From sequence record KY271397.1: 35,100 nucleotides of DNA. The stretch is one strand, 5' to 3'. Positions 17,048 to 26,294 of this stretch are shown here, in pieces; the first letter of the stretch is position 1, and each line of letters begins with the position of its first letter. The stretch comes from Klebsiella phage 3LV2017. The notes under the pieces are model-generated. The model made no database searches. It was not told the DNA's origin and saw only the letters and a program-made list of their open reading frames with translations. The position numbers and the translations under genes are program-made.

Positions 17048-17319
17048 TCAACCGAATCTGGAATGGCGTGACGTACTCCTGGTCAACACTGCTGACCAGC
17101 ATCGGCGTCATGACGCAAAAGGACTGGCTGGCTGCCATTGGCGTGCTGATCGGTATTGCGGCCGCCCTGCTTGGTGAGCTGCATCGTCGCCGCATGGCGC
17201 GTATTCAGGAAACCAATAACTCATTGCTGAACGAACTGATCGACGCGATTCGTGACGACACCGAGAACCGCCAGGACGTTAAAGAGCTGATCCGCACCAT
17301 ACGGGAGGCGCCGCGATGA
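17038..17319 (+). CDS. Y: Holin gpY (93 aa, same length as P2 Y)
   Basis: Hydrophobic helices followed by a charged C-terminus. It overlaps the X stop and the K start. Confidence 0.75.
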   Translation: MDLINRIWNGVTYSWSTLLTSIGVMTQKDWLAAIGVLIGIAAALLGELHRRRMARIQETNNSLLNELIDAIRDDTENRQDVKELIRTIREAPR

Positions 17320-17867
17320 AAAAGGGAATTATTGCCTGTTCCATCGCCGCGATCATCTCGCTGGCCGCCACGCTGTGGCCGCAGGCGCTGCGAACCAGCC
17401 CGGAAGCACAGCTGAAGATGGCGAAATACGAGGACTGCCGTAAGACCCCGTACTACTGCCCGGCGGGTGTACTGACAGTGGGGATCGGCTCAACTTCGAA
17501 AGTAGAAAACCGCGAGCACACCAATAGCGAGATCGCCGAGCGCTGGGTTAACGATTTAATGCGTGCCGAAAAATGCACCAACCGTGAGTTTAACGGCGCC
17601 GCTGCACCGCAGAAGGTTTTTGAAAGCATGACCGACGCTAATTTTAACGTCGGCTGCACCGGGCTGGGCTGGTACACCACCAAAGATGGTCAGAAGGTGC
17701 GAACCACCCTCTGGCGCCACGCGCAGGCGGGCAACTGGAAAGGGGTATGCGAACGGCTGACGGACTTTGTCAATTCTGCCGGTAAACGCTCACAGGGGCT
17801 GGTTAACCGCCGGACAGATTTTCAGGCGTGGTGCCTGTCTGATCCGGCGCTGAAGGGGGCGAAATGA
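17316..17867 (+). CDS. K: Endolysin gpK, lysozyme type with an N-terminal signal-arrest-release (SAR) hydrophobic segment (183 aa)
   Basis: N-terminal MKKGIIACSIAAIISLAATLW followed by an E-x8-C-x5-T catalytic triad (YEDCRKTPYYCPAGVLT). SD GGGAGG. Confidence 0.8.
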   Translation: MKKGIIACSIAAIISLAATLWPQALRTSPEAQLKMAKYEDCRKTPYYCPAGVLTVGIGSTSKVENREHTNSEIAERWVNDLMRAEKCTNREFNGAAAPQKVFESMTDANFNVGCTGLGWYTTKDGQKVRTTLWRHAQAGNWKGVCERLTDFVNSAGKRSQGLVNRRTDFQAWCLSDPALKGAK

Positions 17868-18259
17868 AAGCGATAGCTATTCTCGCCATCGTGATGTTTG
17901 CCCTGCTGATTGCCGCCGTCAGTGGCCTTGCGTGGCAAAGCCATAAGCGCGAACAGGCAGAGCAATCACTGACCGGCACCCGGGAAGAACTGAAACAAAC
18001 CGGCGACGTGCTGACCGAGGTCAGGGCGTTACGCCATGACGTCAGCCAGGTGGAAGCCGGACTGAAGAAACTGAACCAGCAGCGCAACATAACAGGAGAG
18101 CACCGACGTGAAAACATCAAAACCGCACTGGCCGGTGACCCCTGCGCTGTTGGTCCTGTGCGCGCTGCTGTCGCTGACGGCCTGTACCAGCGCGCCGAAG
18201 AAGTCAGCACCGCAGATTATTCAGGAACCCTTACCCGAAAGCCTGACGGCAAAAACTGA
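17864..18259 (+). CDS. lysB: LysB, Rz-like inner-membrane spanin (131 aa)
   Basis: N-terminal TM segment followed by a coiled-coil charged domain. It overlaps the K stop. Confidence 0.75.
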   Translation: MKAIAILAIVMFALLIAAVSGLAWQSHKREQAEQSLTGTREELKQTGDVLTEVRALRHDVSQVEAGLKKLNQQRNITGEHRRENIKTALAGDPCAVGPVRAAVADGLYQRAEEVSTADYSGTLTRKPDGKN

Positions 18260-18407
18260 CGTCCCGCCGCCACCGGCCAGGCCGATGACGTGGGGCGGCC
18301 TGGCTGCCTGGACGGATTCATTACTCGACGCGCTGGATACCTGCAACGCCGATAAGGCGGGGATCCGTGAGCTGGAATTACGACGCATTACCAGGGGGAT
18401 AAGGTGA
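18108..18407 (+). CDS. lysC: LysC, Rz1-like outer-membrane lipoprotein spanin (99 aa), GTG start, nested +1 in lysB and extending beyond it
   Basis: Signal peptide with lipobox LTAC and a Pro-rich mature part. SD AGGAGA lies 8 nt upstream of GTG 18108. Same architecture as P2 lysB/lysC. Confidence 0.75.
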   Translation: MKTSKPHWPVTPALLVLCALLSLTACTSAPKKSAPQIIQEPLPESLTAKTDVPPPPARPMTWGGLAAWTDSLLDALDTCNADKAGIRELELRRITRGIR

Positions 18408-18862
18408 AAAAAGCTGAACTGCTGCGCGCTGCGCTGATAGCTGGTAACACCTGGTGCAAAGCCAACCCTGAACTGATCACCGTCTGGGTGGAGAAGGGGC
18501 ACATTCAGATTGAAGCGACCGGCGAAGCCTCGTTCATGTACCACTACACCATTCAGGTACTGGCGATGGATTTTCCCGGCCAGATTGACGATCTGATGCT
18601 GCCGTTGCTGGCGTGGGTATGGCAGCAACAGCCCGACCTGCTGCTGAACCCGGACAATAACCGCAAGGTGGAATTTGACGCCGATATCGTCAATGACGAC
18701 GTCGCCGACATTCTGTTTAAGGTACCGGTCTGGGAGCGCGTCATGGTGACAAACAGCAATGGCGCGCTGAAGGCGGAACATCTGGCCGAGCAGCGCCCGC
18801 GATTTAACGGCGGTGAGTGGGAAATGGTCTTTGATCCGGAATCCGGGGGATCGCTGGCATGA
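18404..18862 (+). CDS. R: Tail completion protein gpR (152 aa), GTG start overlapping the lysC stop
   Basis: SD AGGGGGAT. Position and size as in P2 (155 aa). Confidence 0.8.
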   Translation: MKKAELLRAALIAGNTWCKANPELITVWVEKGHIQIEATGEASFMYHYTIQVLAMDFPGQIDDLMLPLLAWVWQQQPDLLLNPDNNRKVEFDADIVNDDVADILFKVPVWERVMVTNSNGALKAEHLAEQRPRFNGGEWEMVFDPESGGSLA

Positions 18863-19500
18863 GCAATAACGACGCACTTTTCAGCCAGCTTGACGAGGTA
18901 TTTGCAGCCATCCTGTCGGGCATATCCCCGGCAGGGCGGCAGCGTACCGCCCGCAGCGTCGGCACGATGTTGCGCCGGAGTCAAAGCCAGCGCATCGGCA
19001 GACAGGAAGCGCCGGACGGGTCGAAGTTCCCGACCCGCCGTCGCCGCGTGCTGCGCTCGCAGGCCGGGATCAGTTTTGTCTGGCAGGGTGAAAACCGTCG
19101 CTTGCGTAACTGGCGGGCCACTCGCGGCCGCCATGGTCGCATGCTGACCGGATTTGACGAAGAACGTGGCGCGGTTCGCTCATTCTATCGCGAAGACATT
19201 GAACGGTATCTCGATATCAATTTTAACGAAACGCGCCGCAACACCACAAAAGCGGATCCGATGTTCCGCCGCCTGCGTACCGCTCGCTTTCTCAAAGCGA
19301 ACGCCACGCCTGAAGGCGCGGAAGTAGGCTTTTCCGGCGTGGCCGCACGTATCGCCCGCGTCCATCAATTCGGCCTGCGTGACAAAGTCAACAGCAGCGG
19401 CGCAATGGCGACCTATCCCCGCCGCGAGCTGCTGGGCCTGAGTAAGGCTGACCGCATGGCGATAGCTCGCCAGGTGATCGACTCGCTGGGGGTGCGCTGA
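18859..19500 (+). CDS. S: Tail completion protein gpS (213 aa)
   Basis: ATGA overlap with the R stop. Position as in P2. Confidence 0.8.
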   Translation: MSNNDALFSQLDEVFAAILSGISPAGRQRTARSVGTMLRRSQSQRIGRQEAPDGSKFPTRRRRVLRSQAGISFVWQGENRRLRNWRATRGRHGRMLTGFDEERGAVRSFYREDIERYLDINFNETRRNTTKADPMFRRLRTARFLKANATPEGAEVGFSGVAARIARVHQFGLRDKVNSSGAMATYPRRELLGLSKADRMAIARQVIDSLGVR

Positions 19501-20084
19501 TGGAAATTGCCGAGCTGATTCGCCTGCTGGAGAACGTCGCTCGTACCGGTACGGTGACGGAGATCGACGAGGAAAAATGGCGCGTTCGCGTGCAAAGCGG
19601 CGGACTAAGCCCCAACTGGATGCGCTGGACTGCGCAGCGCGCCGGGGCGTTTAAAGTCTGGGTGCCGCCATCCATCGGCGAGCAGGTCTGGTTCCTGTGC
19701 CTGGGCGGTAATACCGACGTCGCGTTTATCGGCGGGAGCCTGTACAGCGACGACAACCCGGCACCGGGCGCATCGCGTAATGAGATGGTGGTGACGGCGC
19801 CGGACGGTGCGACGTTCCGCTATGACGCGGAGGTGGGCGCATTGCAGGTGAAGGGTATTAAATCTGCCGTGGTTGAGGCGTCAGTCAAAATCACGCTGGA
19901 CACGCCGGAGGTGGACTGCACCAACCTGTTGCGCGCGAAAAATCTGGATATTTCCGAGGGTGGGGAGATGCGCGGCAATTTTAATCACACCGGCGGAGCG
20001 TTCAAGTCTAACGGCGTGCAGGTGGATGATCACGGTCACGGCGAGGTTGAGCGCGGTGGCGACTGGACGGTGGGCACAAAATGA
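19500..20084 (+). CDS. V: Baseplate spike protein gpV (194 aa)
   Basis: Position and size as in P2 (211 aa). Overlaps the S stop. Confidence 0.85.
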   Translation: MEIAELIRLLENVARTGTVTEIDEEKWRVRVQSGGLSPNWMRWTAQRAGAFKVWVPPSIGEQVWFLCLGGNTDVAFIGGSLYSDDNPAPGASRNEMVVTAPDGATFRYDAEVGALQVKGIKSAVVEASVKITLDTPEVDCTNLLRAKNLDISEGGEMRGNFNHTGGAFKSNGVQVDDHGHGEVERGGDWTVGTK

Positions 20085-20446
20085 CAGAACGCTATCGCGG
20101 TATGAATGCTGCAGGTACTGGCACCCTGACCGACGAGGATCATGTGTGGCAGTCAGTTAACGACATTCTGCTGACGCCGGTCGGAAGTCGCCTGATGCGC
20201 AGAAATTACGGCTCACTGTGCCCTGATCTTATCGACAGCCCGCAAAACGACGTCACACGGCTGCAACTGATGAGCGCAGCAGTCATCGCACTGGCCGCAT
20301 GGGAGCCGCGCATTGTGCTGGAGACCATCACCGTGACTTATTCAGCCAGCGGTGCGGTGACTGCCGCACTGTCCGGCATGCTGACGGAAACCATGGAAAA
20401 AAGCACCCGCGTGGTGACATTAAGGGGCGCCAATGCCAACGATTGA
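20081..20446 (+). CDS. W: Baseplate wedge protein gpW (gp25-like, 121 aa)
   Basis: Position and size as in P2 (115 aa). Confidence 0.85.
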   Translation: MTERYRGMNAAGTGTLTDEDHVWQSVNDILLTPVGSRLMRRNYGSLCPDLIDSPQNDVTRLQLMSAAVIALAAWEPRIVLETITVTYSASGAVTAALSGMLTETMEKSTRVVTLRGANAND

Positions 20447-21332
20447 CCTCTCACAGCTACCGAAACCGACCATTATCGAAGAACTCGACTTCGAGACGAT
20501 CCTGGTTGACGTCAAAGCGCTGATGGTGGCGGTATTTCCTGCTGATCAGCAGTCAGCCGTTGCCGCTGCGCTGGGTCTTGAGTCAGAGCCACTAAACATC
20601 ATCGCCCAGGCGATGGCGTACCGCGAGCTACTGTTACGTCAGCGCATCAACGAGGCGGTGGCGGCCTGCATGCTCAGTCATTCGACTGGCGACGATCTGG
20701 ACAATATTACGGCCAACCTGGACACAGAGCGCCTCACCATTACGTCGGCGACAGACACTACCGACGCAGTGACGGAAAGCGACGAAGCATTACGCCTGCG
20801 TGCGCAGGCGGCCTTTGAGGGGATGAGCGTCGCCGGGCCATCGGCGGCATATGAATATTTCGCGCGCAGTGCCAGCGGAAAGGTGGCGGATGTTAAAGCA
20901 TCCAGCCCGGCACCGGCGGAGGTGGTCATTGCCGTACTGTCTACAGAGGGTGACGGCACCGCATCGCCGGAGTTGCTGGCCGACGTCGCAGAAGCGGTAA
21001 ACGATGAGGAAGCGCGCCCCCTGGGGGATCGGGTCACGGTGCGCAGCGCCGAGATCGTCGATTACGAAATTAACGCCACGCTCTATCTGTACCCGGGGCC
21101 GGAGTCAGAGCCGATCATCAACGCCGCCGACGCATCACTGCAAAAATTCCTGAAACAGAACAACAAAAAAATCAGTCGCGACGTCGCGCGCTCCGCTATT
21201 TCGGCGGCGCTGCATGTCCAGGGGGTGCAGCGAGTGGTAATTAATTCGCCCGCGAACGATATCAAGATCAGCGACGTCCAGGCCGCCCGCAATATCGGTT
21301 ATCACCTGGAAAACGGCGGAACGGATGAATAG
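20433..21332 (+). CDS. J: Baseplate protein gpJ (299 aa)
   Basis: Position and size as in P2 (302 aa). Confidence 0.85.
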   Translation: MPTIDLSQLPKPTIIEELDFETILVDVKALMVAVFPADQQSAVAAALGLESEPLNIIAQAMAYRELLLRQRINEAVAACMLSHSTGDDLDNITANLDTERLTITSATDTTDAVTESDEALRLRAQAAFEGMSVAGPSAAYEYFARSASGKVADVKASSPAPAEVVIAVLSTEGDGTASPELLADVAEAVNDEEARPLGDRVTVRSAEIVDYEINATLYLYPGPESEPIINAADASLQKFLKQNNKKISRDVARSAISAALHVQGVQRVVINSPANDIKISDVQAARNIGYHLENGGTDE

Positions 21333-21927
21333 CACGTTACTGCCGCCGTCCTCCACTGCATGGATGCGCAGCACAGAGGCTGCCACGGCGAGGCTTTCCG
21401 GGATAACCGTCGCGATACGTACGCTATGGACGCCGACCGCCTGCCCGGTGGATTTGCTGCCGTATCTGGCATGGGCGCTGTCTGTCGATCGATGGGATAA
21501 GGACTGGCCGGCGGAGCGAAAAATAGCTGTTATACAGCGTTCGTACTGGCTGCACCGCCGTAAAGGCACCCGCGCAGCGGTGCGGCGCGTGATCGAGGAC
21601 ATGGGGTTCTCTGCCACGTTCGCCGAGTGGTTCGACGTCGGAGACCAGCCGGGAACCTTCCGGCTTGAGGTGGATGTTAACGAGATTGGACTGACGCCAA
21701 AAACGCTGGATGAATTAAACCGCCTGATTGGTGACGCAAAACCGGTCAGCCGCCATCTGGCGCAAATGACGATTGCCGTAAGCTCCAGAGGGGAAGCCTG
21801 GATCGGGGTGGCCGCTTGCGACGGGGAAGTTATAACGGTTTATCCGCCGGGGTATAAACCGGACGACAGTATTTATTACGACGGCATGACTTATTTTGAC
21901 GCTAATTATCGATATACGGAAAAATAA
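21325..21927 (+). CDS. I: Baseplate protein gpI (200 aa)
   Basis: Position as in P2 (176 aa). Confidence 0.8.
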   Translation: MNSTLLPPSSTAWMRSTEAATARLSGITVAIRTLWTPTACPVDLLPYLAWALSVDRWDKDWPAERKIAVIQRSYWLHRRKGTRAAVRRVIEDMGFSATFAEWFDVGDQPGTFRLEVDVNEIGLTPKTLDELNRLIGDAKPVSRHLAQMTIAVSSRGEAWIGVAACDGEVITVYPPGYKPDDSIYYDGMTYFDANYRYTEK

Positions 21928-21928
21928 A

Positions 21929-24208
21929 ATGACAAACATCAATGAAAGTATGCGCTGGGATGATGCGATCCCCATGATTATGCGTGGTGATAAGGTTGAA
22001 GGCGGACGCGCAGCAAAACCAAATTTGCAGGCAGGTGTATTAGCGAACCGTACACAATACTTGCGCAGCGAGCTTGAAAAATATTCGGGAACTCTACAGG
22101 CGGGTGAGCAACCATATTCCAGCGAGGAAGATGCGCAGCAGGCGATCAATAATGGAATGATAGCGGCTGGCGCTAAATTTTCGGTCCGTTCTCATGAGTC
22201 AGGTTCATGGGTGGATGAATATAAAAATGTTGACGGCATCGCCACGCCAACCGGCAAGAAACTGCCATCACTGGCGGCGGTAACAACATTGCAGGAAATG
22301 CTGTCCGAGAAATCATCGGAGCTAATGTTATTTCTTTTTTCTGATATGGATGATTTCCATATTGCTGATATTTCATTTGACGAAGAGACCGGAAAGCCGA
22401 AATTTAATATCGGACGAATGGCATTAAAGCGTAGTCAGGGGGCCGTATTTGAAGTAGTTGATTCTGACGGCTTTGGTATTTCTGGCGATGATATGATAAA
22501 TCGCCTTCGTTCGCTTGAGTCAGGGCGATATATTTATAATGGACTGAAAATTACACGCAGTGAAAATAATATATTAGAAGTGACTGACCCGGACGGATTT
22601 TCGCTTTCCATTGATGACATGCTGTCACGTCTGATGAGCATTGAAAAAGGCTCATTTAATTACAGCGGACAAAGTTTACAGAGAAGCCCTGACCATATTT
22701 TTGAGATTAAAGACCCTGACGGATTCGCATTAACGGCGGAAAGGCTGATTGAGCGCATTACCGCGCTGGAAAAGGCGACTGGTGACAGCGGTGACGTCTC
22801 GCGTAGTGGCGAAATTATTGCTCATATGGAAGGGGAGGCACAGGCAGCGCGAGCTGCTGCGACGGAGTGGGTTAGTCCGCCGGTTGCTCCGCTACGTAAA
22901 GGGCTGAATCTGTTTTTTATCTACGGGCAGTCGCTGGCTATCGGCGATGAAGCGTTTTCAGTCGTCACACGTCAGCCATCGCAGCTTGGAAACCTTATGC
23001 TGGGGAAATCACCTCGTGGCAGGTATTACGGGAGAACTAGCGACGCTGACTTTGGTGTTATTGGCGGCGAGAATATCTATTACCCTCTGACTGAGCACAG
23101 ACAAGATGGTCCAAATATTATTACAGATCCAGATATAAACACCCGCCTCGGTGAGACTGTCGCATCTGGTTTTATGGAAACCCTCAAGACTCTGCATAAC
23201 CGCTCGAAGGGGGTGAAAAACGATGAAGAAACAATCCTTGCCTGTTCCGTAACGGGATGCTCTGGCACCAATATTGCCACCCTGTTAAAAGGTGCTGGCG
23301 CGGCCACGCCATACTATGAACGCCTTATGTCGGCTTTACGCGGGCACATGGAAGCGGCGGCGAAAATGGGGATTACCGATGTACAGGTGTGCGGGATGCT
23401 GTTCCTCCAGGGAGAGAATGATTATGGCATCACAAACCGTGAAAATTACCTGAACATGCTGAATCAGCTGATTAATGATTTTAATGCTGATGCAAGAGCG
23501 ATAACCGGTCAGACGGATAATATCGGATTTTATCTGTATCAGACTGGGGGAACCTATGTCAGCCAGGCAGAGGGCAACACCCTGCCGATTGATATGGCTC
23601 AACTGGATATCACGTCACGCGTCGATGCCTTTATGGCCGCTCCCATGTTTCCGTATCCGCAGGCGTCAAATAATCGCACTCATAAGGCAGCAAACAGTTA
23701 TCGATGGTGGGGATGTGCGGCAGCGAATACTGTTTTTCGCGTGCTGAGTAATGAAAACAGAACGCCATTTCGCATGATAAAAGCGGTTTATGATGGCGAG
23801 GATATTTATGTTTCATTTATGACGCCCTGTCCGCCGCTGGCGACGCAGCCATATTACCGGATTGCCGCGGCGGTAATGAATACCGACATGGGATTTACTG
23901 TCATTGATGGCACAGGGAATCTGTATGGAACATCACTGGTGACGGAAATTATCTCCCCGTGCGTGATTAAAATATCACCACCAAGAAAGCTGAGCGGAAA
24001 TATCCGCCTCAATCTCGGCGACCAGCTTCATGGCGGAGGGCATAACGTTGCAGACTCCAGCCCTCAGCAGTCTTTTTTTAACTGGCAATATTACGGCGAT
24101 GATAATCAGTCAGTGAATGAAAATATTGATGCGTTAAACGATAAACCTTATCCGCTGTATAACTTCGCGGCGATTCAGACAATTAATGTTGATGGAGTGG
24201 AATTATGA
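21929..24208 (+). CDS. Tailspike-like protein (759 aa) with three tandem ~42-aa repeats and a C-terminal SGNH/SASA-type carbohydrate esterase domain
   Basis: Repeats at 22442-22816 (…FE[VI].D.DGF…RL.S[IL]E.G…). SGNH block I GQSL (Ser codon 22931-22933), block III GEND (23411-23422) and block V DQLH (24020-24031). The region looks AT-richer. ATG 21929 lies 1 nt after the I stop. Confidence 0.75.
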   Translation: MTNINESMRWDDAIPMIMRGDKVEGGRAAKPNLQAGVLANRTQYLRSELEKYSGTLQAGEQPYSSEEDAQQAINNGMIAAGAKFSVRSHESGSWVDEYKNVDGIATPTGKKLPSLAAVTTLQEMLSEKSSELMLFLFSDMDDFHIADISFDEETGKPKFNIGRMALKRSQGAVFEVVDSDGFGISGDDMINRLRSLESGRYIYNGLKITRSENNILEVTDPDGFSLSIDDMLSRLMSIEKGSFNYSGQSLQRSPDHIFEIKDPDGFALTAERLIERITALEKATGDSGDVSRSGEIIAHMEGEAQAARAAATEWVSPPVAPLRKGLNLFFIYGQSLAIGDEAFSVVTRQPSQLGNLMLGKSPRGRYYGRTSDADFGVIGGENIYYPLTEHRQDGPNIITDPDINTRLGETVASGFMETLKTLHNRSKGVKNDEETILACSVTGCSGTNIATLLKGAGAATPYYERLMSALRGHMEAAAKMGITDVQVCGMLFLQGENDYGITNRENYLNMLNQLINDFNADARAITGQTDNIGFYLYQTGGTYVSQAEGNTLPIDMAQLDITSRVDAFMAAPMFPYPQASNNRTHKAANSYRWWGCAAANTVFRVLSNENRTPFRMIKAVYDGEDIYVSFMTPCPPLATQPYYRIAAAVMNTDMGFTVIDGTGNLYGTSLVTEIISPCVIKISPPRKLSGNIRLNLGDQLHGGGHNVADSSPQQSFFNWQYYGDDNQSVNENIDALNDKPYPLYNFAAIQTINVDGVEL

Positions 24209-25008
24209 TTAATACCCGTTCAGGAACCCGTATTGCCGTCAGTGACACATCTATTCAGGATGGTGTTGACCGGGTTTATCCTCCAGTGCTGGTTGGTCTG
24301 GAGCAGGCGTTATTTTTTACCGCCGGTGGTGACGGAAAAAACTATGCACCAGACGGCGTTGTTCTGCCAACAATTACGGGAACCCCAACGCAAAATGCGT
24401 ATAGCAAGTCGTTCCCGACAATAAACGACTGCATTGATACCGGACTGGTAGACAATACCGATTACACGGTGCTGATTGTAAATAAGCCAACGGCGATGCC
24501 GCAAGGGAAGACATTCAGGCCATTTTTTGGGAACTGGAATGCTCAGACCGTTGAGCCTGGAAAAGGAGGCGGTCTGGGGAGTGCAATGGTGCAGGGTGCT
24601 AGCCAGCAACTTTCGCTGGTTATATCCTCCGTGCCGGTTGCTGATGCATCGAACCCGAACGCGGCTACCAGTATCAAGGAAAACGTTGATATCTTCGGGA
24701 TGGGATATAACGACGGGACATGGCGCTTTAGTGCGCTGCGTATTACAAGCGGTGAGTATTATTTTAAAGACTTCACAAAAGGAGTTACTAAAGAATCAAC
24801 GCCATTAACTGATGGATGCGTTAAAGACAATCGCCGGTTAACTCCACTGCGCGTCTGCGGGCAATACGGCCAGAGCGCGTCAGCCTGTGCTCCGGGTCCG
24901 GAAACCGCGCTTTGCCTTTTTTATCGTCGCGGGTTAAGCACTGACGAAATGGAAACCATGTACGCCTGGGCAAAAAAATACTGCGCACGTCGTGGGATGA
25001 TTATCTAA
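24205..25008 (+). CDS. Hypothetical tail-fibre-module protein, 267 aa
   Basis: ATGA overlap with the tailspike stop. AT-richer composition. No recognisable motif. Confidence 0.6.
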   Translation: MINTRSGTRIAVSDTSIQDGVDRVYPPVLVGLEQALFFTAGGDGKNYAPDGVVLPTITGTPTQNAYSKSFPTINDCIDTGLVDNTDYTVLIVNKPTAMPQGKTFRPFFGNWNAQTVEPGKGGGLGSAMVQGASQQLSLVISSVPVADASNPNAATSIKENVDIFGMGYNDGTWRFSALRITSGEYYFKDFTKGVTKESTPLTDGCVKDNRRLTPLRVCGQYGQSASACAPGPETALCLFYRRGLSTDEMETMYAWAKKYCARRGMII

Positions 25009-25023
25009 CCGGGTGATACGGCT

Positions 25024-26166
25024 ATGAATAAATACCGGGCAATACTGACTGAGGCGGGATTAAATAAACTGGCAGCAGCAACGCTGACGGGGGAGCCGGC
25101 AGGCTTCTCCAGTATGGGCGTTGGTGATGGCGGCGGAACGTTATACCAGCCCCACCCCAGGCAGACCGGCCTGATTAATGAGCTGTACCGCGCCCCGCTT
25201 AACAGGCTGGTTATCGCCGACCAGGGGGCAAATATTATCCGGGCAGAAATGGTGATGCTTCCCCAGGTCGGTGGCTTCTGGCTGCGCGAAGCTGCGCTCT
25301 ATGACGATGAGGGCGTGTGTCTTGCGGTGGCTAATTTGCCGGAATCCTATAAGCCACTTCTGGCCGAGGGGTCAGGCCGCCTGCAATCGGTAAATCTGTG
25401 GATAGCCGTCAGTAATACGGCAGATGTAGAGCTGAAAGCCGATCCTTCGGTAATTATGGCGACCGTGGAGGAGGTCACTCGCGCAAAAAACGAGGCGAAG
25501 GATTACGCGGATGAACTGATCGAAGGTCTGGAAAAAGACATTGGTCAGGACATGGAAGCCGCGAAGGACTATACCGATAAGGCTGTAAGCGAGCTGGATA
25601 AGAACACCAAAAAGGCCATCGCCGATGCTGTGAAAAAAGCGGTAGGTGACGCATGGGAGCAGGATAACCCTGTCGGCACAACCCGATTTTTCATTCAGAA
25701 CCTCAACCCCAACGAGCGCTGGCCGTGGTCGCAATGGGTTTACACGGGCGAGAATAAAACGATCCGCGTCGGTAAGGCTGACGGTTCGAACGTCGGGCAG
25801 ACCGGCGGTAGCGATAATGTCACGCTGCAGCGGGCTAATCTGCCAGTCGTTAAGATTGATGTGAGCGGCGAAACCAGCGAGTTACCTGCACATGAGCTGA
25901 CAACCAGGGGGGCTGGCAGGCACAAACATCAGGGGGGAATGGCGGCACCGGGTGAGGCATGGGACGGGAATTATATTGTCGGCTCCGATAATGACAGCCA
26001 CCGCACCCGTAATTACACCAGTGAAGATGGCGATCATACCCATGTTATTGACGCCCCGCCCCATAAACACAGCACCAGTGGCAAAACCGATAATCTCGGC
26101 GAGGGTAAATCGTTTAGCGTAATTGAAGCCCACACCCTGCTGATGTGCTGGTCGCGGGTGGCGTGA
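25024..26166 (+). CDS. H: Short tail fibre, gpH-like (380 aa): conserved H N-terminal domain plus a C-terminal His-rich (HxH) tip
   Basis: N-terminal ~130 aa parallel P2 H (…LAAAT…GDGGG…QTGLI…LYDDEG…AVANLPESYKPLLAEGSG…SVIMAT). The C-terminus has RHKHQGG / DHTHVID / PHKHSTSG motifs. No gpG-like chaperone gene follows. Confidence 0.75.
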   Translation: MNKYRAILTEAGLNKLAAATLTGEPAGFSSMGVGDGGGTLYQPHPRQTGLINELYRAPLNRLVIADQGANIIRAEMVMLPQVGGFWLREAALYDDEGVCLAVANLPESYKPLLAEGSGRLQSVNLWIAVSNTADVELKADPSVIMATVEEVTRAKNEAKDYADELIEGLEKDIGQDMEAAKDYTDKAVSELDKNTKKAIADAVKKAVGDAWEQDNPVGTTRFFIQNLNPNERWPWSQWVYTGENKTIRVGKADGSNVGQTGGSDNVTLQRANLPVVKIDVSGETSELPAHELTTRGAGRHKHQGGMAAPGEAWDGNYIVGSDNDSHRTRNYTSEDGDHTHVIDAPPHKHSTSGKTDNLGEGKSFSVIEAHTLLMCWSRVA

Positions 26167-26258
26167 GTATCGAGTACCGTCAAAATCAACAGTGCTGCAG
26201 TATGGTCAGAAGTGGCGGTGCGGTACCACCATAGTCAGAAATGGCGATATCTGCCGGT

Positions 26259-26289
26259 AGTGAAAGCCCCTTACTGAAGGGGCTTTTTT
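26259..26289 (+). terminator. Rho-independent terminator after the H-like gene (AGCCCCTT-ACTG-AAGGGGCT + T6), convergent with the end of the minus-strand tail operon
   Basis: 8-bp stem 26265-26272 pairs with 26277-26284, followed by TTTTTTG. The U stop at 26295 abuts it from the other side. Confidence 0.7.
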
Positions 26290-26294
26290 GTGGA

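Noticed and set aside
18221-19134. 218-aa and 193-aa minus-strand ORFs across lysC/R/S
   Set aside because: They are antisense to a tightly overlapping, syntenic late operon with no RBS.
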